DNA of 64,000 nucleotides from a virus. Lineage: Duplodnaviria > Caudoviricetes. The position numbers were made by a program, and so were the translations under genes. Below the pieces are notes generated by a model, which was given only the letters and a program-made list of their open reading frames with translations, was not told where the DNA came from and made no database searches. Below, one piece after another: positions 57,861 to 64,000 of this stretch. How positions within the stretch are numbered: the stretch's first letter is position 1; every line of letters begins with the position of its first letter. Where the stretch lies: positions 52,415 to 116,414 of IMG/VR virus record IMGVR_UViG_3300028886_000059. One strand, written 5' to 3'.

Positions 57861-58277
57861 ATGGTAGAAGGAATGACTATGAAGATTAATGAAATTTGTG
57901 TCGGCGATAAGGTGAAAATCACTGGCCGACGGAGAATCTATACCGTAGTGGAAATCCTGAAAGATGGTAAGGTTGCGCTTGAGGCAAACTGCGGTACAGT
58001 GGATGTTAAGATAGACAGGATAAGACCTATCAAGCTGACACCGTACATCCTTGAAGAAAACGGATTTGAGTCATGGCCATGCGGCGACCTGACTACATGC
58101 TGGAAAGCCGTAGGGAAAAACGGTGACGATGATTTGGAGGTCGATTTTGAAAAAGGCCGTGACATCATGGTAAAGTTTGATATTGTCGGCATGTATATCT
58201 GTACGCAGAAGATTCAGTATGTTCACCAGCTGCAACACCTGATGCGCCAGTGTGGACTGCCTGAATTGGAAATTTGA
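57861..58277 (+). CDS. Hypothetical paralog family, copy 3
   Basis: VGD...LEENGF...YVHQLQH. Confidence 0.75.
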   Translation: MVEGMTMKINEICVGDKVKITGRRRIYTVVEILKDGKVALEANCGTVDVKIDRIRPIKLTPYILEENGFESWPCGDLTTCWKAVGKNGDDDLEVDFEKGRDIMVKFDIVGMYICTQKIQYVHQLQHLMRQCGLPELEI

Positions 58278-58376
58278 GGAAATCATGGGGGAATTTCCCC
58301 TAATAGAAATGCCCCTTGCGACCCTCACGGGCGGCTTGGGGCTGAATTACATAAACATGAAAGTAGTATGAAACGT

Positions 58377-58868
58377 CTAAATGAAAGGTATCTTCTTCCT
58401 GAATCTCAGGTATAGCCACACCAGCAGCCCGATGATGGCAGCAACGGATATTCCGATTGCGATGCCACCGACATCCATTTTGAAAGACTGCCATTTGTTC
58501 AGCGGCTTATCCCTGTACTGTATATCGTGAATGGTGACGGTATCTTTCTCTTCCGACTTCTTGACCAGCGAATCGCACAGGTTCTTATAGTAGGCCGTAG
58601 AATCCTTGACCTCCTTGTATTTCTCCTTATAGTGCCATTCGCTGCGCCCTATCTCGTTTCCTTGGGAATCCACGCGGATAACGACGCTATCGCGCACGTT
58701 CACGCTGTCCTTTATCTGCGTCTTTGTTTCCCACCGCACACTGTCAACGATATGTATCTCCACCGAATCCTTCTTTTCCGTAGAAGTCTCGATAGCCTCG
58801 TATGTTTTATGACTGCATCCAGTCAGCATGACGGCAAAGGCCATCAGCAAAAACAAAATCTTCTTCAT
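58377..58868 (-). CDS. Spanin-like lipoprotein (u-spanin architecture)
   Basis: Lipobox LTGC plus C-terminal TM; follows the endolysin. Confidence 0.75.
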   Translation of the reverse strand: MKKILFLLMAFAVMLTGCSHKTYEAIETSTEKKDSVEIHIVDSVRWETKTQIKDSVNVRDSVVIRVDSQGNEIGRSEWHYKEKYKEVKDSTAYYKNLCDSLVKKSEEKDTVTIHDIQYRDKPLNKWQSFKMDVGGIAIGISVAAIIGLLVWLYLRFRKKIPFI

Positions 58869-58927
58869 ATTCCGTTTGAGTTAAGTTACTACTAAACCAA
58901 GGGCGTGCGGCTACCCTCGGCAAAAGG

Positions 58928-59632
58928 TTACAGCATGAACTTTTGGATATAGTTCAATATACCCTCAACATGCAGGCGTGCAATGGCATGACGGCCTTCG
59001 TCGGAAAGCAGGAATGCCACATCGCGCTTGTTGTCCTGAAACAGATTCTCGGTCAGTACGGCGGGGCAGGCGGTTTTCCTGATGACGTAGAGGTCTGCCT
59101 CCAAGTCACGGTCGCCGTCCGTCTTATCCATCCTGAACGGTGTCTGCTTCTCCGTGTAGTCGCCGCGCCGCTTGCCTTCATCCACAATCTTGACGTATTC
59201 CTTCAAGTTGGAAAAGGCAGCGTCATACATACACTCTGCCAAGCTGTCTGCCATCGTGCGGCCTTTTGACGTGTAGCAGCACCAGCCGCCAGCACCGTGC
59301 CACTTGCCATCTGCTCCAGCGGCATTGACATGGATGCTTACATACAGGCACTTCTCCTTTCCATACTTGGCGCACAGGCTGTTTACAACCTTTACGCGAT
59401 ATTCAAGTTCACGACTTTGCAATGTGCCGCTGCCAGTCATCTTGTCTGACTTGTTAAGCGGCTCGTAGTCCACGAATACCTTATACCCGTAAGACTCCAG
59501 CTTTGCCTTAACGTCAGCCACGATTTGACGGCTATAGACACACTCACGCAGCGATTTGTCGGGTGAGCACTTACCCAAAATCTCATCAAGATGGGCAGTG
59601 CCAAGAATGACGGTAATCTCTTCCTTTCTCAT
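58928..59632 (-). CDS. Endolysin, N-acetylmuramoyl-L-alanine amidase (Amidase_3)
   Basis: GTAH, RE, SIHVNA, PAVLTENLF. Confidence 0.9.
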   Translation of the reverse strand: MRKEEITVILGTAHLDEILGKCSPDKSLRECVYSRQIVADVKAKLESYGYKVFVDYEPLNKSDKMTGSGTLQSRELEYRVKVVNSLCAKYGKEKCLYVSIHVNAAGADGKWHGAGGWCCYTSKGRTMADSLAECMYDAAFSNLKEYVKIVDEGKRRGDYTEKQTPFRMDKTDGDRDLEADLYVIRKTACPAVLTENLFQDNKRDVAFLLSDEGRHAIARLHVEGILNYIQKFML

Positions 59633-60129
59633 TCCATTTCCATTTCAATTTCCTTCGATTTGTCACCAAGAACGGAGCGACGCATGGCTTCTGCCAGTAT
59701 CTCCACCAACTCCTCCCTGCTGAATACCTGCTTTGCAAGTTTCTCAGCACGGGCGATTTCAGAATGCACCTTCTCGTCGGCCTTTTCACGCACTGACAGG
59801 AACTCAACGACACACCAAAAGATTGCCACGGCAATGGTAATCAATGGCAGGCCGAAGACAATATCCCATCCGAACCACTGATACAGCTTTGAAAAGTGAA
59901 TCAGCACGTCGATGAGCGTTGCTATCAGCAGACAGCCGTGATATAGCACGAACTTGAATCCTGTACGCTTCAAGTAGTCCGATTTCCACTTCTCTTTCCT
60001 GTACCAAGCCTTATACATGCCTGATGCAAGGTCGATGATGATTGCAAGGAAAACGACGATGATGGATATTACCGCTATCAGCATCATGGTTTCCGTTCCT
60101 TCTAATAGTTCTTTCATTGTTCTAATCAC
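59629..60129 (-). CDS. Holin
   Basis: Three TM segments, DL.SG..KA, EFLSVREK; upstream of the amidase. Confidence 0.8.
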   Translation of the reverse strand: MIRTMKELLEGTETMMLIAVISIIVVFLAIIIDLASGMYKAWYRKEKWKSDYLKRTGFKFVLYHGCLLIATLIDVLIHFSKLYQWFGWDIVFGLPLITIAVAIFWCVVEFLSVREKADEKVHSEIARAEKLAKQVFSREELVEILAEAMRRSVLGDKSKEIEMEME

Positions 60130-60235
60130 ATTAAGTTGTTACTGAAAAAGTTGACTTGTCGAGTAACTCTTCCATAGGCAGTAAGCCGCCTATCCGCTGT
60201 CTTGATAATCCGTCATAGGCATTCGTTTTTAAGGG

Positions 60236-60511
60236 TTAAACATCAGTGACCATATAAACCGAGTAATCGGGGTTTGCTACCAGCGGCAGAATCTCGCTGT
60301 CATCGAGAAACGCCATAGCGTACCTGTGAATACTTTTCTTTATCTGTTCCAACGTGGGCTTCGTCGGGTACTGCGACATGCCGAAGGTGACGATTTCCTC
60401 GCCAAAGGCATCCTTGCCGCCCGTCGGCCTTATCGCATACCTGATGACCCATTCGCCGTTTTGCAGCTGTTCTATAGGCTTCGCCTTGCTTCGTGGCAGA
60501 TAGTTTCCCAT
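60236..60511 (-). CDS. Hypothetical protein
   Basis: Operon packing. Confidence 0.65.
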   Translation of the reverse strand: MGNYLPRSKAKPIEQLQNGEWVIRYAIRPTGGKDAFGEEIVTFGMSQYPTKPTLEQIKKSIHRYAMAFLDDSEILPLVANPDYSVYMVTDV

Positions 60512-60512
60512 A

Positions 60513-60974
60513 TCAGTAATAGAATATCAGAACGATGTTAAGCAGTACGAACGCCAGTATTTCAGCCCAAAACGTATAGCACTTCCACCAGCACACAAGC
60601 ATTGCCGCAAGATACAGCAGCCACCACAGCAGCCACTCCCAGCAGTTCGCGGCCACTATGTACGTTGCGCATATCCCGCACATCCAGCCGCCGACATAGT
60701 GCAGTGCCTTTGCCTCCGTCTTATAGTAGGATGAAGCGGCCACACAGCACAGGCCGACGATGCAGAGAAAGCCTATCCACTGCCTGTTGTCGGGCAGGCG
60801 CTCCATGATGTCGGGCATCAGAAGAATGCCCACAACGGAAGCCCACGAAGAGAATGCCCAATGCGGGATGATGTATGCCATTTCCGACACCGAATCCAGC
60901 ACGCCGCCTTTCTTGCAGGTGGCATGACCTACGCCGATAATCATCAGCATTATCGCTAACCAAGTCGTAATCAT
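60513..60974 (-). CDS. Multi-TM membrane protein
   Basis: Several hydrophobic helices. Confidence 0.75.
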   Translation of the reverse strand: MITTWLAIMLMIIGVGHATCKKGGVLDSVSEMAYIIPHWAFSSWASVVGILLMPDIMERLPDNRQWIGFLCIVGLCCVAASSYYKTEAKALHYVGGWMCGICATYIVAANCWEWLLWWLLYLAAMLVCWWKCYTFWAEILAFVLLNIVLIFYY

Positions 60975-61717
60975 AGCGTGTACTCAAGCATTGGGGGATA
61001 ACCTGTCGTGTAGTCGTAATCCATCAGTTCCTCTTCGGTCTGCAATGCCCTTGCAGCCATCAGATGCGCCGTAGTAACGGCCATGCACTGCGTCGCATAG
61101 ACTTCCAGCTGCGTAATCATGCCGTCAAGCACGTTGCAGGGGAGTTGCGTCTGAATGCTGCCAAGCACAAAGGGGAAGTTGTCGATACCCGCCTTTTGGA
61201 AACGGTCAAGCGACGTTACCAGCGACTCGCGCATGGGCTTCGTCAGCCAGTATTTATCACCGTTGATGATGAATGCGTTCACGGCATCCGAGATGTCGTA
61301 GTTCTCGATGTCCTGCATCACCAATGCACGGGTGTTTTCCAGCGCGTCGAAACCTTCGCTGTCGCCGAGGCCGTTATCCATTGCGAAACGCATGGCTTCA
61401 CGGGCTATGACCTTTGCAGCACCGCGCCACCGCTGCATCTCCGTAAAGGCATCGGCGGCTTCCATGTCGCTTTGGTTGGCCATGTAGTTGTTTCTTACTG
61501 CATCCATCCTGTCGGCTGGATATTCATTGTTAATCAGCGCACTGACCAAGGCCGAATAGTCATCGACACAGATTCTTTCTTCCGTCAGCAGCGTTACAGA
61601 ACTGGCCTCGAACTCTTCTTCAATCTCTTCGATGCCGTAGTTCACGGTGGTATGGAATCCCGCTGGGGTTCTCGATACCGTTACGAATTGCGGTCTTTCT
61701 GAATACCTCATAACCAT
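60971..61717 (-). CDS. DUF4376-like tail-associated protein
   Basis: YD.SDAVNAF...LEVYA..C..VT..H...YDYTTGYP; start MVMRYS. Confidence 0.75.
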   Translation of the reverse strand: MVMRYSERPQFVTVSRTPAGFHTTVNYGIEEIEEEFEASSVTLLTEERICVDDYSALVSALINNEYPADRMDAVRNNYMANQSDMEAADAFTEMQRWRGAAKVIAREAMRFAMDNGLGDSEGFDALENTRALVMQDIENYDISDAVNAFIINGDKYWLTKPMRESLVTSLDRFQKAGIDNFPFVLGSIQTQLPCNVLDGMITQLEVYATQCMAVTTAHLMAARALQTEEELMDYDYTTGYPPMLEYTL

Positions 61718-61736
61718 CTGTTTTATTTGTTGAACA

Positions 61737-63272
61737 CTAATAATCGTATGGGAGCACCAGCTCCCTGTATTTCCGTAATGCCCTGATGCTTTCGTAGTGG
61801 CCACGGATGTAGAAGTACCTGAACAGCCCTTCGCCCATAGAGTCGAGGATTTCCTTCCGCTTCGCGTAGGTCTGCTTACCCTTGCAGAATCCAAGATATG
61901 AGTTTATGACCTGTTCGATGCGCTTGCAGTCAAGGATGGTCAGTTCGTCCTTTGACTCTATAAGCCGCCTGAAACCTATCGCCCGTTCCTCAAAACGAGC
62001 CAGCGTCCTGTTTGAAAGGTACAACCTGTTAGGCTTGATGTATGTACCGACGAATGAAAGCCCGTGCGCGATTGGCTGCAAGTACCGCTTATCCTTGTGC
62101 ATCTCCAGTTTCAGCTTATCACGAAGGAAATCCTCCATCTTCGGGATGGCACTAAGCAGGAAATCCAAGTCGTCGCACTGGTTATCCCAATCGTCAACGA
62201 AACGCTCGTATGAGAAATTCTTCCGTCTGAACAGGAATAGCACGTACATGTCGAAGAATGACATCAGGAAGTTCGCAAACAGCTGCGTAGTAAGGTTGCC
62301 GATAGGCTCGCCCTTCTCGTCACCGCAACCGAACAGCGACTTATTGGGTGCAAGACCTTCCCAAAGCGTAATCGGCGAGTTCAGCACGCAGTCGTTTTCA
62401 GGATGGTGCATGACGATGACCTCAACCGTGCGGATAAGAATATCCCAATACATTTCGGGCATTTCCGACATTCCAAGGCGTGACAGGATTTCAGTATCAA
62501 TCCTTTGCCAGCCCTCACGCTGCCAGCGTTTGCGCCAGCGGATGATGAAGCGTTCCAGCAGATACCAAAGCAGCTTCTTGTCTATCGACATGAAGAATCC
62601 CGTCAAGTCACCCTTGAACACCCAAGCGGGCTTAGTGAACCCGTCAGACACGCGCTTCATACCTTCTGCACAGTGGCGCACACAGGCATCAGTTCCGAAT
62701 CCCTTCCTACAGTTGAACGAAACATTACCCTGTGACATGAAACGCTCCTCAAACAGCGGCTCCAGTCTGAGACATACCCAGTGATGCACGATGCGGTCAC
62801 GGAAATTAGCCGCGAACACCTCGCGCAACTTCGGGTATCTGACCAAAAAGCAAGTAGAAGTCGTGGGCTTGTATGTTCCAGTCCACAACTCCCAAGCAAG
62901 ACAAGGCAAATCCGCATAGGCTATCTGCATATATTCGACGGCCTGCGGAGATGACATCTTCCCGCGTAAGCAATCCTTATAGGCATATACCACGGATTCA
63001 TAGAAAGCACTGTATAACCCCTCACATGCGGCCACAGGGCGAACAACGTTACTGTTATACTTGTTGTTGTTGTTGACGTTACCAGTATTGAAATTCACGT
63101 TCCAAGCATTGTTGCTGTTGTTCTCAGTAACAGACCAGTAGTTGCTGTCTTTCTGCGATTCTGCATCTTCGTAACTGTGACGAGCCATGAAGTCCATCAC
63201 AGTGAATCGCCCATTTAAGGGATTATGTAACACTCTGCTAATCATTACTTTTTGCGGTTTCCGAATTAGCAC
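61737..63272 (-). CDS. DGR reverse transcriptase (start uncertain; reading frame includes TR)
   Basis: REVFAA.FRDRIVHH, CRKG.GT, DLTGFF.SI, PIGNLTTQ, RFVDD, FVG. Confidence 0.93.
   Translation of the reverse strand: MLIRKPQKVMISRVLHNPLNGRFTVMDFMARHSYEDAESQKDSNYWSVTENNSNNAWNVNFNTGNVNNNNKYNSNVVRPVAACEGLYSAFYESVVYAYKDCLRGKMSSPQAVEYMQIAYADLPCLAWELWTGTYKPTTSTCFLVRYPKLREVFAANFRDRIVHHWVCLRLEPLFEERFMSQGNVSFNCRKGFGTDACVRHCAEGMKRVSDGFTKPAWVFKGDLTGFFMSIDKKLLWYLLERFIIRWRKRWQREGWQRIDTEILSRLGMSEMPEMYWDILIRTVEVIVMHHPENDCVLNSPITLWEGLAPNKSLFGCGDEKGEPIGNLTTQLFANFLMSFFDMYVLFLFRRKNFSYERFVDDWDNQCDDLDFLLSAIPKMEDFLRDKLKLEMHKDKRYLQPIAHGLSFVGTYIKPNRLYLSNRTLARFEERAIGFRRLIESKDELTILDCKRIEQVINSYLGFCKGKQTYAKRKEILDSMGEGLFRYFYIRGHYESIRALRKYRELVLPYDY
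63026..63142 (-). repeat. DGR template repeat (TR), at least this extent
   Basis: AAC-rich copy of VR. Confidence 0.93.
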
Positions 63273-63771
63273 CCTCGTTCATAGTATAATCGCGCCACGC
63301 CACAAGCTGCGCTCTTATACTTTTCACCATCGCTTTCACCTTGTTGTCGAGGTCTCTTCCTACGAGCGGCACATGGTGCGCTTTGTCGGCATCGGATTCG
63401 CCATCCTTTCCCGCCTTTTTCTTCGACGGTATCTCGATTCGGCGAAGCGTCGTGAAGTCATCACTCAAATCCTGCACAAGCACACAGCAGCAATCCAAAT
63501 ACCAAGCCCTTTCTTCGGGATTCCGAGAAATACTGGCCATGCCGATAGATTTCTTGATTTCCGAAGCAGTGCCGAGCATTTGGTCAAAGAACTTCGTAAG
63601 GCTCCTCGGACTTTTCGCCATCAAGTTCGCCACGATGTACTTCAAATTGGCTGATGCCCTGTAAACAGGCAGTTGAGCCAGTGATTTCTTGCCCTTACTC
63701 TTTTTGGTATTGCTCTCTTCCACCGTCAACTGTGGGATTACAACGCCAGTTGGATGAACCGTGTCCTGCAT
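63238..63771 (-). CDS. avd: Avd-like accessory protein
   Basis: Helical protein with LPVYR, between target gene and TR/RT. Confidence 0.7.
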   Translation of the reverse strand: MQDTVHPTGVVIPQLTVEESNTKKSKGKKSLAQLPVYRASANLKYIVANLMAKSPRSLTKFFDQMLGTASEIKKSIGMASISRNPEERAWYLDCCCVLVQDLSDDFTTLRRIEIPSKKKAGKDGESDADKAHHVPLVGRDLDNKVKAMVKSIRAQLVAWRDYTMNEGANSETAKSND

Positions 63772-63823
63772 CTTGCTTTATCTTTCTTTTCTGTTTTCTA
63801 ATTTTCTTTTTTGTTCCGAAGAG

Positions 63824-63850
63824 GGGCAGGGCTGTTGGAACAGCCCGCCC
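63824..63850 (-). promoter_or_regulatory. GC hairpin downstream of VR (DGR homing cis-element or terminator)
   Basis: GGGC-GGGCTGT-TCCA-ACAGCCC-T-GCCC. Confidence 0.7.
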
Positions 63851-63863
63851 TTAATGTAAAATG

Positions 63864-64000
63864 TTAAATGTCATAAATAAATGCGGCCACAGGGCGAACA
63901 ACGTAACTGCCATACTTGGTGCCGTAGCCGTAGACGGAACCAGTATTGAAAGGCACGCCCCAAGCACCGGTGCTGTAGCCCTCAGTAACAGACCAGTAGA
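63864..64000 (-). CDS. C-terminus of DGR target protein (C-type lectin-fold VR, likely receptor-binding)
   Basis: YWSVTEGYSTGAWGVPFNTGSVYGYGTKYGSYVVRPVAAFIYDI*. Confidence 0.85.
   Translation of the reverse strand, partial: YWSVTEGYSTGAWGVPFNTGSVYGYGTKYGSYVVRPVAAFIYDI
63881..64000 (-). repeat. DGR variable repeat (VR), cut by the window edge
   Basis: Substitutions versus TR only at TR adenines. Confidence 0.93.

Noticed and set aside
61737-63272. Group II intron or retron RT
   Set aside because: The TR/VR pair and Avd-like gene identify a DGR.

Overview
About 64 kb of a temperate Bacteroidales (Prevotella/Bacteroides-type) tailed phage. It is probably in excised form, because an intact attP (3' half of tRNA-His plus arm-type repeats) sits beside the integrase with phage genes on both sides. 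From left to right: portal, TerL and TerS; a ParB / PP-loop / GNAT-like / ASCH / tRNA module; a long leftward accessory, replication and recombination arm (three MTase-like genes, helicase, NinG, SSB, exonuclease, SSAP, tRNAs); CI repressor, attP and integrase; a divergent early region rich in YopX paralogs; the lysis cassette; and a diversity-generating retroelement (RT, TR, Avd, VR). The strongest novel candidate is a phage tRNA with an initiator (fMet-type) body but a GAC anticodon. Two downstream ORFs in the same module both open on GTC within an identical GCTGA-GTC-AG context, which pairs with the whole anticodon loop. This suggests a private GUC translation-initiation system. Other notable signals are a six-copy covarying pseudoknot 5' leader, two further tRNA-derived RNAs, two operator families and a one-codon TR/VR length difference. 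All family assignments come from motif recognition by eye, not database searches.
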